Assembly (NCBI GenBank): GCA_964425105.1
Contig: CAYRLE010000001.1
Location: 1-60,690 of the forward strand
DNA: 60,690 nucleotides
Source: an uncultured Gammaproteobacteria bacterium
Lineage (GTDB): Bacteria; Pseudomonadota; Gammaproteobacteria; SZUA-140
Direction of reading: 5' to 3'
The notes beneath the pieces were generated by a model. It saw only the letters and a program-made list of their open reading frames with translations, ran no database searches and was not told where the DNA came from. This document shows positions 30,087 through 38,951 of this stretch, piece after piece. The stretch's first letter is position 1. Each line of letters begins with the position of its first letter. Position numbers and translations under genes: made by a program.

Positions 30087-31970
30087 ATGTCCATTCTGAC
30101 CCTGCGCGGTATCAACGTGAGTTTCGGTGCTGCGCCGGTCTTGGAGCATGTCGATTTGCGCATCGAGGCCGGCGAGCGCGTGTGCCTGGTGGGGCGCAAC
30201 GGCGAAGGCAAATCCACCCTGCTGAAGCTGATCGCCGGTGAACTGATGGCCGACGAGGGCCTCCTGGAACAACGCCAGGGCTTGCGCGTCGCCGCCCTGG
30301 CCCAGCAGTTGCCGGGAGATTTCCCAGGCTCGGTCTATGAACTGGTGGCCACAGGGGTGGGGGAGGTGGGCGACCTGCTGGCCCGCTATCATCAACTCAG
30401 CCAGCAGTTGGGCCAGGGCGACACGGAGCAGCTGGCGGAACTGGAGCGGATTCAGCATGCCCTGGAGAGCCGGGACGGCTGGCGCGTGGGGCAGCGGGTG
30501 GAAACGGTGCTGTCACGCCTGCAGCTGCCTGGGGACGCGGTGTTCCGGCAATTGTCCGGCGGCCTGCAGCGGCGCGTGATGTTGGCGCGGGCGCTGGTGG
30601 GTGAACCCGATCTGCTGTTGCTGGACGAGCCCACCAACCATCTGGACATCGAGGCTATCCGCTGGCTGGAGGACTTCCTGCTGGGTTTTCAGGGGACCCT
30701 GCTGTTCATCACCCACGACCGGGTGCTGTTGCAGAAGCTGGCCACCCGTATCGTTGAACTGGACCGCGGCCGGCTCTACAACTGGCCCGGCGATTATCAG
30801 ACCTATCTGCGCCGCAAGCAGGCGGCCCTGGATGCGGAGAACGCGGAACAGGCCCTGCAGGACAAGAAACTGGCCCGCGAGGAACAGTGGATCCGCCAGG
30901 GCATCAAGGCGCGCCGCACCCGCAACGAAGGACGGGTGCGGGCCCTGCAAAAGCTGCGCGAGCAGCGCCGCGCGCGGCGCGTCCAGCCGGGCAAGGTGCA
31001 GTTGCGCCACAACGAGGTGGAGCGTTCGGGGCGCATGGTGGTGGAGGCCCTGGGGGTGAGCCACAGTTATGGCGACCGCCCCCTGATCCGCGATTTCTCC
31101 ACCCTCATCCTGCGCGGCGACAAAGTGGGTGTCATTGGCCCCAATGGCGTGGGCAAAAGCACCCTGCTGCAGCTGCTGCTGGGACAACTCACCCCGCAAC
31201 AGGGCGAGATCCGTCTGGGCACCCGCCTGGAAATCGCCTATTTCGATCAACGGCGCTCACAGCTCAATGAGGAGAAATCCATCGTCGACAATGTTGCCGA
31301 CGGCAGCGAGGAGGTGACGGTCAATGGACGTCCGCGCCATGTGATCAGCTATCTGCAGGACTTTCTGTTTGCCCCGGCACGCTTGCGCACGCCGGTAAAG
31401 GCGCTCTCGGGTGGCGAGCGCAACCGCCTGCTGCTGGCCCGATTGTTTGCGCGTCCGGCCAATCTGCTGGTGATGGATGAACCCACCAATGACCTGGATC
31501 TGGAGACTCTGGAGTTGCTGGAGTCGCTGCTGGTGGACTTTCCCGGCACCCTGTTGCTGGTCAGTCATGACCGCGCCTTCATCGACAACGTGGTTACCAG
31601 CACCCTGGTGTTCGAGGGGGAAGGGCGCATCGCTGAATACGTCGGAGGCTATGCAGACTGGCTGCGCCAGCGCCCTGCAGCGACACTGGCACAGCCGGGC
31701 AAGCAGCCTCCGCCCCGGCCGCAGGCTATGGAGACGCGGCGCAATCGCCTGAGCTACAAGGAACAGCGCGAGTTGGATACCCTGCCGCAGCGCATCGAGA
31801 CCCTGGAGGCGGAGCAACAGGCCTTATTGGATACCATGGCCATGGCCGATTATTACCGCCGTGACAGCGAGACCATCGCCGCTGACAAGAGCCGCCTTGC
31901 CAACCTGGAGCAAGAACTGGCGGCGGTCTACCGGCAGTGGGAGGAGCTGGAGGCGCGCCGGGCGGGCTGA
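30087..31970 (+). CDS. uup: ABC-F family ATPase (Uup-like, two ABC domains plus a C-terminal coiled coil)
   Basis: Two Walker A motifs (GRNGEGKST; GPNGVGKST), two signature motifs (LSGGLQRR; LSGGERNR), a linker and a C-terminal coiled coil (LPQRIETLEAEQQAL). No TM domain. Confidence 0.85.
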   Translation: MSILTLRGINVSFGAAPVLEHVDLRIEAGERVCLVGRNGEGKSTLLKLIAGELMADEGLLEQRQGLRVAALAQQLPGDFPGSVYELVATGVGEVGDLLARYHQLSQQLGQGDTEQLAELERIQHALESRDGWRVGQRVETVLSRLQLPGDAVFRQLSGGLQRRVMLARALVGEPDLLLLDEPTNHLDIEAIRWLEDFLLGFQGTLLFITHDRVLLQKLATRIVELDRGRLYNWPGDYQTYLRRKQAALDAENAEQALQDKKLAREEQWIRQGIKARRTRNEGRVRALQKLREQRRARRVQPGKVQLRHNEVERSGRMVVEALGVSHSYGDRPLIRDFSTLILRGDKVGVIGPNGVGKSTLLQLLLGQLTPQQGEIRLGTRLEIAYFDQRRSQLNEEKSIVDNVADGSEEVTVNGRPRHVISYLQDFLFAPARLRTPVKALSGGERNRLLLARLFARPANLLVMDEPTNDLDLETLELLESLLVDFPGTLLLVSHDRAFIDNVVTSTLVFEGEGRIAEYVGGYADWLRQRPAATLAQPGKQPPPRPQAMETRRNRLSYKEQRELDTLPQRIETLEAEQQALLDTMAMADYYRRDSETIAADKSRLANLEQELAAVYRQWEELEARRAG

Positions 31971-32037
31971 GGTCTTTCTGAGATCTTTTTCCATGTAGGG
32001 TGGGTTAGGCCTACCAGTTCGTGGTTTGCCTTGGCGG

Positions 32038-33273
32038 TTATTGGTGGGCAGTGCCCTGGTGACGCCGCAGGTGTTCCAGCAGCGGCAGCGAAGGATAGCC
32101 ATCAACAGGCAGCCCCGCAGTCTTCTGATAGGCGCGCACCGCCGCCCTGGTGCGGCTGCCGGGGATACCGTCCGCAGCGCCGGTATCGAAACCCAGTTCA
32201 TTGAGGCGCCGCTGTAACTCCAGGGCCAGCTCCCGGGTCAGACGGCGGTTGTCCGCCTGGCGTCCATTATGCAGGGGCGGCAGACCGACGAGGCGGTCGG
32301 CAAGGTGACCCACTGCAATGGCGTAGTTGATGGAGCGGTTCCATTTCAGGATTACCTCGAAGTTGTCATAGACCAGAAAGGCGGGGCCGGCATGGCCCTG
32401 GGGTAGCACGATGGCTCCCCTCAGGTCGGCGGGGGGCAGGGGGGCGCCATCTGCCCGCCGCACTCCCAGCCTGCTCCAGGCGGCGAGCGGTTTCTTGATG
32501 TCGAGACGGGCCAGTTGCCAGTCGAAGCGGGCTGGCAGGCGTACCTCCCGTCCCCAGCGCTCGCCGTGCTTCCAGCCCATTTGCTGTAGATAATGGCCGC
32601 CTGAGGCAAACACGTCCTCGATGTCGTGCCACACGTCTTTTTTGCCATCGCCGTCGCCATCCACGGCGTAGCGCAGAAAAGTGGAGGGCAGAAACTGAAG
32701 CTGACCGATGGCGCCGGCCCAGGAGCCTTGCATGGCCGCGGGTGTGACGTGGCCCTGGTCGATAATGCGCAAGGCGTCGAGGGCCTCGCTGCGGAAAAAG
32801 TGGCTGCGGCGTAGGTCATAGGCCAGGGTGATCAGCGCTGGCACAGTGGGGAAGCTGCCCAGGTAGCTGCCATAATTGGTTTCCAGTCCCCAGAATGCCA
32901 CGAGGTAGCGGGGCGGGATGCCATAGCGCCGCTCCACATCGGCAAGCAGTGCTCGGTGGCGATGCAACAGGCGCCGCCCCTCTTGGATGCGGCGGGCTGT
33001 GACGCGCTTGTCCAGATAGTTCCAGAAGGTCTCGGTGAATTCCGGCTGGCGCCGGTCCAGTTCGATGACCCGCGGCAGTGGCCTGACACCGCGCAGCGCG
33101 CTGTCCAGGGTGTCGGCCGAGATGCCATGGGTTGCAGCTTCGTGGCGCAGATCCTGCAGCCACTGCTGGAAATCCTCCGCAGCTGCGGTGTTGCTGATCC
33201 CCGCCAAGATCAGCAGCAAGGCCAAGGCGAACTTGGCAGAAAAATGACGCTGGCTGATGCTGAAAGGGGACAT
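32038..33273 (-). CDS. Lytic murein transglycosylase (MltB/Slt35-like) with a C-terminal peptidoglycan-binding domain
   Basis: Signal peptide; YGIPPRYLVAFWGLETNYG, GSWAGAIGQLQFLPSTF, DGDGDGKKD; C-terminal PG_binding_1-like (LQRRLNELGFDTGAADGIPGSRTRAAVRAYQ). ATG at 33273. Confidence 0.9.
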   Translation of the reverse strand: MSPFSISQRHFSAKFALALLLILAGISNTAAAEDFQQWLQDLRHEAATHGISADTLDSALRGVRPLPRVIELDRRQPEFTETFWNYLDKRVTARRIQEGRRLLHRHRALLADVERRYGIPPRYLVAFWGLETNYGSYLGSFPTVPALITLAYDLRRSHFFRSEALDALRIIDQGHVTPAAMQGSWAGAIGQLQFLPSTFLRYAVDGDGDGKKDVWHDIEDVFASGGHYLQQMGWKHGERWGREVRLPARFDWQLARLDIKKPLAAWSRLGVRRADGAPLPPADLRGAIVLPQGHAGPAFLVYDNFEVILKWNRSINYAIAVGHLADRLVGLPPLHNGRQADNRRLTRELALELQRRLNELGFDTGAADGIPGSRTRAAVRAYQKTAGLPVDGYPSLPLLEHLRRHQGTAHQ

Positions 33274-33544
33274 GCCTGGGATGTAAACTCCTGTTGACTG
33301 CATGACGAGGATACAATTGTGGCGCGCCCAGGGGAAGTGCCGCGTAGACGTCGCTGGCGTGAATAAAACCACTCTTGCAAGGGCTCCGCTTGCCCTGGTT
33401 TTCTTTCCGGGATTGGGTTATGATTCCCGGCGAATGCATGCTATTGATTGTGACCCTTTTCGGTAATACCTCTCGTATCCACCAGAAAATCGCCCATCTA
33501 GCAATGCACTCATTTTCCATCAACATTCTCTAGAGGTTATTTTC

Positions 33545-33751
33545 ATGGCAACAGGTATTGTCAAATGGTTCAATGAAACCAAGGGTTACGGGTTTATTAC
33601 TCCGCAGGACGGTGGCAAGGACGTCTTCGTTCACCACAGTTCCATCGTTGGTAGCGGTTTCAAGACACTGCAGGAAGGCCAGGTGGTAAACTTCGAGATT
33701 GAGACGGCTCCCAAGGGGCCGCAGGCGGTGCAGGTTACGCCAGAGAGCTGA
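33545..33751 (+). CDS. Cold-shock protein (CspA family)
   Basis: [27 protein letters not shown]; RNP1/RNP2 motifs present. Preceded by a ~170-nt non-coding leader (33374-33544), as is usual for csp genes. Confidence 0.95.
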   Translation: MATGIVKWFNETKGYGFITPQDGGKDVFVHHSSIVGSGFKTLQEGQVVNFEIETAPKGPQAVQVTPES

Positions 33752-33771
33752 TCTGCTCTGTAGGCCTGAGC

Positions 33772-33801
33772 AAAAACCCCGCAAGCCCTTGCGGGGTTTT
33801 T
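33772..33801 (+). terminator. Rho-independent terminator after the csp gene
   Basis: AAAAA-CCCCGCAA-gccc-TTGCGGGG-TTTTT. 8-bp GC-rich stem, 4-nt loop and a T5 tail. The A5 on the 5' side makes it potentially bidirectional. Confidence 0.85.
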
Positions 33802-33859
33802 GCTTTCTGCCGGCCCGGCAGTCGCCGGGCCATAGCAATGTTATAGCGAGGATCTATTT

Positions 33860-34129
33860 TTGAAGAAAATGTATGTAGGTAATCTGCCTCCTGAGGCATC
33901 GGAGGCGTCGGTGACGGAGCTGTTCGCCCAATTCGGTACAGTGCGTTCCATCAAGTTGGCCAAGGATGTCTTTACCGGCAAGTGCCGTGGTTTTGCCTTC
34001 GTGGAAATGGAAGGCCACGAGGCCCGCGAAGCAATTGCCGGCCTCGACGGTAAACAGTGGAGCGGCCGTCCTATGAAGGTGCGCTTTGATGAACCGCGCG
34101 GCAACAAGTCGCGCCGCCGCCGTCACTGA
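33860..34129 (+). CDS. RRM-type RNA-binding protein
   Basis: MYVGNL (RNP2) and RGFAFVEM (RNP1), with a basic C-terminal tail. ATG 33869 is an alternative start. Confidence 0.9.
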   Translation: MKKMYVGNLPPEASEASVTELFAQFGTVRSIKLAKDVFTGKCRGFAFVEMEGHEAREAIAGLDGKQWSGRPMKVRFDEPRGNKSRRRRH

Positions 34130-34170
34130 TCTTTCTGTCTAGACTAAAGACTGGGGGTCATTTTTCACCC

Positions 34171-34431
34171 ATGTCAGATAACTGGTATGTCTATGTTGTC
34201 AGATGTGCAGACGGTACACTTTATACAGGCATCGCCAAGGACGTCGGGCAGCGTATCACGGAGCACAATGGTGCAGGGCGCCGCGGTGCGAAGTGCTTGC
34301 GCGGTAGAAGACCGGTGCGGCTGGTCTATCAGGAGTCTTTCCCCAGCCGTTCCACCGCTATGAAACGGGAATACCAGATCAAACAGTTTGACCGGGAACT
34401 GAAGGAGCGGCTGGTGGCGGCCACGCCATGA
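34171..34431 (+). CDS. GIY-YIG nuclease-family small protein (UPF0213-like)
   Basis: WYVYVVRCADGTLYTGIAKDV..R...HN and a C-terminal A...E..IK match the GIY-YIG core. Confidence 0.85.
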   Translation: MSDNWYVYVVRCADGTLYTGIAKDVGQRITEHNGAGRRGAKCLRGRRPVRLVYQESFPSRSTAMKREYQIKQFDRELKERLVAATP

Positions 34432-34536
34432 CAGTGGCCACCCCCTGTTGTTATCCTGACGCCCGATGCAATCGATTGGGGGATGATTTTCCTTTCCCTG
34501 CCTTATGTCTGAGTATGCGCATGAAACCAATCTGCC

Positions 34537-34722
34537 ATGGGTGACGTCATTCAGTTCAGGCGGCCGGGTGCCGCCGAAAAGAACAAGGGCAAGACCTTGT
34601 GCCGTAGCGGTTTTCACAAATGGAAGATCGTCCAGGAAAAGCAGTTCGATGTACGCCAGGGGAGGTTGGTCACCATCGAACGCTGCCGCCGTTGCGGCAA
34701 GGAGCGCGTCAGAGTGCTGTAA
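34537..34722 (+). CDS. Small basic hypothetical protein with a possible zinc-ribbon (C-x4-H ... C-x2-C)
   Basis: 61-aa ORF with protein-like composition (LCRSGFHKW...CRRCGKER). It lies in an otherwise unassigned gap. No family assigned. Confidence 0.4.
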   Translation: MGDVIQFRRPGAAEKNKGKTLCRSGFHKWKIVQEKQFDVRQGRLVTIERCRRCGKERVRVL

Positions 34723-34759
34723 GTCGCCGCGCTGTCCTGTCATGCGGGAGAAAAAGCAT

Positions 34760-35539
34760 ATGAAGAAAAACGCTCAGGGACTGCTGGGCCTGACGCTGTG
34801 CCTGTCGATCCTTGCCAGTGGGCCGGCTGCCGCGAATGAGGCGGATAAGGCTCTGTTCGCCAATATCGGCTATGTGAGTGATTACGTCTTTCGCGGTGTG
34901 GAACAGGCCAATTCCTCCGGCTCCGCAGGTCTCGATGCCTATTATGAGTTTCTCTACGCCGGCACCTACGTCATCGATGTGGGTACCGGCTTGGAGTACG
35001 ACCTGTATGGCGGGCTCAACGGGGAATGGTCCGGCTTTGCTCTGGATCTCAACTACACCACCTACAACTATACGCGGGACAATCCGCGCTTTTTCGATGA
35101 TGGCACCCCGGACGCGGCATCTTTTTTTGACGACACTTCCCGCGAGGTGAATCTGACCCTCGGTTATGGACCCCTGAGCGCCACCTATACCCGCGGCATC
35201 TATGACAACTTCCAGGGCAAGATTCCCGGCAATGAGGAGCAGGACTACAGCGCGACTATCGTGCGCGGCAACTATCGCGGTTTCTCTGCCACCTATGGCG
35301 TCTATGGCAAGGATTTCGACGGCAGTTGGTGGGAGTTCGGCTACAGCGCCGAGGTGGGTGGCTTCGATGCCGGCATCAATCTGGTGGCCTCCAACAACAG
35401 GCTGGACGATGAGGAATACATCGTCTTCTCCCTGCGCCGGGTCTTCGATGTGCTGGATGCCTTGCGCGGCGGGGATCAGGAGGAAGAACAGGACGACGAA
35501 GCGGATTTTCTGGTCAATCCTCCTTTGCTGCTGGACTGA
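34760..35539 (+). CDS. Putative outer-membrane beta-barrel protein (TIGR02001/TorF-like porin family)
   Basis: Signal peptide (LGLTLCLSILASGPAAA), then ANIGYVSDYVFRGVEQ, Y.E..Y.G and alternating beta-strand pattern. After the canonical terminal strand (IVFSLRRVF) comes an unusual acidic tail. The ORF-track 5' extension to 34505 is rejected. Confidence 0.7.
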   Translation: MKKNAQGLLGLTLCLSILASGPAAANEADKALFANIGYVSDYVFRGVEQANSSGSAGLDAYYEFLYAGTYVIDVGTGLEYDLYGGLNGEWSGFALDLNYTTYNYTRDNPRFFDDGTPDAASFFDDTSREVNLTLGYGPLSATYTRGIYDNFQGKIPGNEEQDYSATIVRGNYRGFSATYGVYGKDFDGSWWEFGYSAEVGGFDAGINLVASNNRLDDEEYIVFSLRRVFDVLDALRGGDQEEEQDDEADFLVNPPLLLD

Positions 35540-35831
35540 GGCGCAACTCCTCGATATCGAAACGCAAGATCCGGGGGCGTGCCGGGTCGCCCCATAGCAG
35601 GCGCTGGCGCTTGTCCACCAGCGGCCAGCGCCGCGCGCCACCCATCTCGGGGCGCCAGAACTCCTCCACCAGCCAGCCGTTGTCGCCTCTCTTGAAGGCC
35701 GCCGGAATGCGCCGCTCCAGCAGGGCACGGACCATGGCCCGCTCCGGGTTTTCCGCTGCCACAGTGGTGCTACGCACCACCTGGGGATGGTCATAGTGGG
35801 CGATGACGCGGTATCTCTTCATGGGCTGCAT
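35514..35831 (-). CDS. Hypothetical protein
   Basis: About 105-aa ORF (MQPMKRYRVIAHYDHPQVV..) with plausible composition. It overlaps the convergent porin gene tail by 26 nt, so one of the two ends may be wrong. Confidence 0.4.
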   Translation of the reverse strand: MQPMKRYRVIAHYDHPQVVRSTTVAAENPERAMVRALLERRIPAAFKRGDNGWLVEEFWRPEMGGARRWPLVDKRQRLLWGDPARPRILRFDIEELRLSPAAKED

Positions 35832-35963
35832 TATTGGGCTCGTTGTGGTCCATTCCATATACCAGCTTAACACCACCTCGTGTCTGGATGCTTAACAGAA
35901 ATTTAAGATATCCCGTCTATAGTTGAGTGGTGTTCCATCATCCTCTCTTCAAGGAGTTGACGA

Positions 35964-36728
35964 ATGAGGCGATTGACTCGTAAAGATAGCGCTCTTTCGG
36001 GGTGCCCTTTTGCTGGCGAGAAGCTTGCTGCCTGGCTGGGAGACGCCGCTTCCCACAGTTTGCCCAGTGACGCGCGGCTTGCTATATATGAGGCTGGGGA
36101 TCCCGGCAGGGACAGGATAGAACGCTATATCGCAGAAATGTTCGCCAGAAATTATTCTGCCCGTCTACGGCACTTCAAGCCCCGCCTGTTGGCCATGTTC
36201 TCAGAGGCAAACGAAATCCTTGCTGCACTGGGCCTGAGAAATGCCGCTACAGAGCGCCTGTTCCTGGAAATTTACCTGGACACCCCCGTGGAACGCCGCA
36301 TGGCAACCCTCTGTGGCCGGCCGGTTGCGCGGCAGGGGATCGTGGAAGTCGGCAACCTGGCATCCCGGCATCCCGGCCGCGCCCGCTGTTTGTTCCAGGC
36401 GCTGACCATTCATCTTTACCGTAGTGGGGCTGAATGGGCCCTGTTCACCATGGCGCCTTTTTTGCGCAACATATTCAGGAAGCTGGGGATCCGCTTGTTG
36501 CACGTGGGGCCCGCCGACAAGGCGCGGCTGGGCAAGGCCGCCACCGATTGGGGCAGCTATTATGATGGCCATCCTCAAGTCATGGCGGTCAATGTGGAAC
36601 AGGCCTTCCTGGCTGTCATGGCCTATTACGAAGATGGCGAGGCGACCGCTCTGCAGGGGCCGCGCCTTACAGCCGTTGACGACAGTGTGGTGACCATGGG
36701 TCGTCAACTCCCTCCACAAAGCTCATAG
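35964..36728 (+). CDS. Thermostable-hemolysin family protein (PF12261-like, GNAT/LuxI-like fold)
   Basis: RIERYIAEMFARNYSARLRHFKPRLLA, IVEVGNLAS and LF.AL...L...G..W..FT...LRN.F.KLG resemble the Vibrio delta-VPH family. Confidence 0.7.
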   Translation: MRRLTRKDSALSGCPFAGEKLAAWLGDAASHSLPSDARLAIYEAGDPGRDRIERYIAEMFARNYSARLRHFKPRLLAMFSEANEILAALGLRNAATERLFLEIYLDTPVERRMATLCGRPVARQGIVEVGNLASRHPGRARCLFQALTIHLYRSGAEWALFTMAPFLRNIFRKLGIRLLHVGPADKARLGKAATDWGSYYDGHPQVMAVNVEQAFLAVMAYYEDGEATALQGPRLTAVDDSVVTMGRQLPPQSS

Positions 36729-36753
36729 CGACGCCGCGACGTCCCATCCCACG

Positions 36754-38268
36754 GTGAGGTCCATACTCCAGGCCCTGGAAATCCATGCCCGCCTGCATCC
36801 AGAGCAAGCGGCCGTGGAGGGCGCGGGTATCCGCTTGAGCTACCGGCAGCTGCATCAGGAGGTCGAGGCGATGGCAGGGCGGCTTGCCGGCAGTCCCCAC
36901 CGCATACTGGGGCTGTTGGCCGACAATGGCCCTGCCTGGCTGGTAATGGATCTGGCGGCTGCCCGTGCCGGGGTGGCGCTGGTGCCGCTGCCGGGATTCT
37001 TCTCCGCAGGCCAACTCGCCCATGTCATTCGCGATGCCGGCATCCGTGCCGTATACACGGATCATGAGCAGCGTCTTGCCGGCATGGCGGTGCAGCGCCG
37101 CCAGGCACTGCAGATCTGCGGCAGCCGTTGGCAACAAGTGGATCTGGCCACTCCTGCGGCCGCCGCACTGCCACCCGCCACCGTCAAGCTGACCTACACT
37201 TCCGGCACCACAGGGACCCCCAAGGGGGTCTGTCTGGGTGCGGAGTCACTGGCCATGGTGGCCGAATCGCTGCGCGCCTGTACTGCCATTGCCGCCGCTG
37301 ATCGTCACCTCTGCCTGTTGCCGCTGGCCACGCTGCTGGAAAACGTTGCCGGCGTCTACGTGCCCTTGCTGGCCGGCGCCTGCATCTGTGTGCCGCCTCT
37401 GGCCGAGGTGGGGATGGAAGGGGCCGCGGGGCTGGATGTGGAGCGGCTGTTGGTGGCCTTCCATCGATACCGCGCCAGTCGTGCGATTCTCCTGCCGCAC
37501 ATGCTCCAACTCCTGGTGGAGGCCTTGCGGCAGGGGGCGTCGCCACCGTCCACCCTGCGCTTTCTAGCGGTCGGTGGCGCACCGCTCGCCGCCAGCCTTT
37601 TGGGAGAGGCGGAACATTTGGGCCTGCCCGTCTATGAGGGCTATGGGCTCTCGGAGTGCGCCTCAGTGGTGGCGGTCAATCATCCCGCTGCCTGCCGGGC
37701 GGGATCGGTGGGCAGGCCGCTGCCCCATGTGCGGCTGGATTTCGCCGGCGATGGTGAAATCCTGGTGAGTGGCGCCTGCTTCCTGGGCTATTTGGGCGAC
37801 ACGGGCAGGGGGGATGGCAGCGGCCCTTTGCACACCGGGGATCTGGGATATCTCGACGCACAGGGTTATCTCCACATTACCGGACGCAAGAAGCATATCT
37901 TCATCACATCCTTGGGCCGCAATGTGGCCCCTGAATGGGTGGAGCGGGAACTGGTGCTGCACGCCGCCATCCGTCAGGCCGCCGTGTTCGGCGAAGGCTG
38001 TCCATGGTGTGTGGCGGTGGTGGTCAGGGCGCGGGACTGCGACGACCGGCAGGTGGCGGCAGCCATTGCCGCCGCCAACCGGACATTGCCCGACTATGCC
38101 CGGATAGGGGGCTGGGTGGCGGCGGTGGAGCCTTTTCTGCCAGCCAATGGCCAGTTGACCGCGACGGGGCGTTTGCGGCGCTCTGTCATCAGGGAAATCT
38201 ATGAACCGGCTCTGTCATTGCTGTACGGCAATGGACGAGAGCCATCTTACAAGGAGGATCAGGCATGA
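36754..38268 (+). CDS. AMP-dependent synthetase/ligase (acyl-activating enzyme)
   Basis: A3 motif TYTSGTTGTPKGV, GYGLSE, TGDLGYLDAQGYLHITGRKK. GTG start at 36754, 25 nt after the previous stop. Confidence 0.9.
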   Translation: MRSILQALEIHARLHPEQAAVEGAGIRLSYRQLHQEVEAMAGRLAGSPHRILGLLADNGPAWLVMDLAAARAGVALVPLPGFFSAGQLAHVIRDAGIRAVYTDHEQRLAGMAVQRRQALQICGSRWQQVDLATPAAAALPPATVKLTYTSGTTGTPKGVCLGAESLAMVAESLRACTAIAAADRHLCLLPLATLLENVAGVYVPLLAGACICVPPLAEVGMEGAAGLDVERLLVAFHRYRASRAILLPHMLQLLVEALRQGASPPSTLRFLAVGGAPLAASLLGEAEHLGLPVYEGYGLSECASVVAVNHPAACRAGSVGRPLPHVRLDFAGDGEILVSGACFLGYLGDTGRGDGSGPLHTGDLGYLDAQGYLHITGRKKHIFITSLGRNVAPEWVERELVLHAAIRQAAVFGEGCPWCVAVVVRARDCDDRQVAAAIAAANRTLPDYARIGGWVAAVEPFLPANGQLTATGRLRRSVIREIYEPALSLLYGNGREPSYKEDQA

Positions 38269-38951
38269 GTTTCTATCAAAATCTGCAAGAGGCGACGGCG
38301 GCGGAACGCGCCACCCTGCTGTCCTTGCCCTTCATCCAAGCAGGCGCCGCCGGCGAACTGTCCCTGCACAGCTATGTGGCCTTTCTCGGTCAGGCCTATC
38401 ATCATGTGAAGCACACCGTCCCTTTGTTGATGGCCTGTGGCGCGGCCCTCCCGTCCCGCCTGGAATGGCTGCGCAGTGCGGTGGCGGAATACATCGATGA
38501 AGAACTGGGACACGAGGAATGGATCCTCAACGATCTACGCAACTGCGGCGCCGATGCCGAGGCGCTGCGTGAGTCGCAGCCCCTGCTGGCCACGGAATTG
38601 ATGGTGGCCTACGCCTACGACACCATTCAGCGCCGCAATCCGGTCGCCTTCTTCGGCATGGTGCAGGTGCTGGAGGGCACCAGCATCCAGGTGGCGACCC
38701 GGGCTGCCGAGGCCTTGCAGGCCAGTCTCGGGCTGCAAGGCGCGGCCTTCAGCTATCTGAAATCTCACGGCTCCCTGGATATCAGTCATGTGGAGTTCTT
38801 CGAAAAGCTCATGAACCGTATCGACGATCCTCAGGATCAGGCGGATATCATTCACTGTGCGCAGGTCATGTACCGCCTCTACGGCGATATCTTCCGCTCG
38901 CTGCCATTGCAACTGCAGCACGAGGAGGTGGGCAATGCAGCTGCAGGATAG
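38265..38951 (+). CDS. Heme-oxygenase-like / iron-containing redox enzyme family protein (often annotated TenA family; putative diiron HDO)
   Basis: All-helical ~228 aa with ExxH (EELGHEEW), LEGTS and DxxH (HGSLDISHVEFF) motifs. ATGA overlap with the ligase gene. Confidence 0.65.
   Translation: MSFYQNLQEATAAERATLLSLPFIQAGAAGELSLHSYVAFLGQAYHHVKHTVPLLMACGAALPSRLEWLRSAVAEYIDEELGHEEWILNDLRNCGADAEALRESQPLLATELMVAYAYDTIQRRNPVAFFGMVQVLEGTSIQVATRAAEALQASLGLQGAAFSYLKSHGSLDISHVEFFEKLMNRIDDPQDQADIIHCAQVMYRLYGDIFRSLPLQLQHEEVGNAAAG

Noticed and set aside
34505-34759. 5' extension of the porin ORF (start at 34505), and similar ORF-track extensions at 17942, 22063, 22641, 38857 and 52984-54399
   Set aside because: The extensions overlap upstream genes or translate to non-protein-like sequence. 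Internal ATG/GTG starts with RBSs give proper signal peptides or family-typical N-termini.
35964-36728. Calling the 'thermostable hemolysin' homologue a toxin or virulence factor
   Set aside because: The family name is historical. The protein has no signal peptide, and it sits in an operon with an acyl-activating enzyme, a diiron-type protein and an SDR, which points to biosynthesis.
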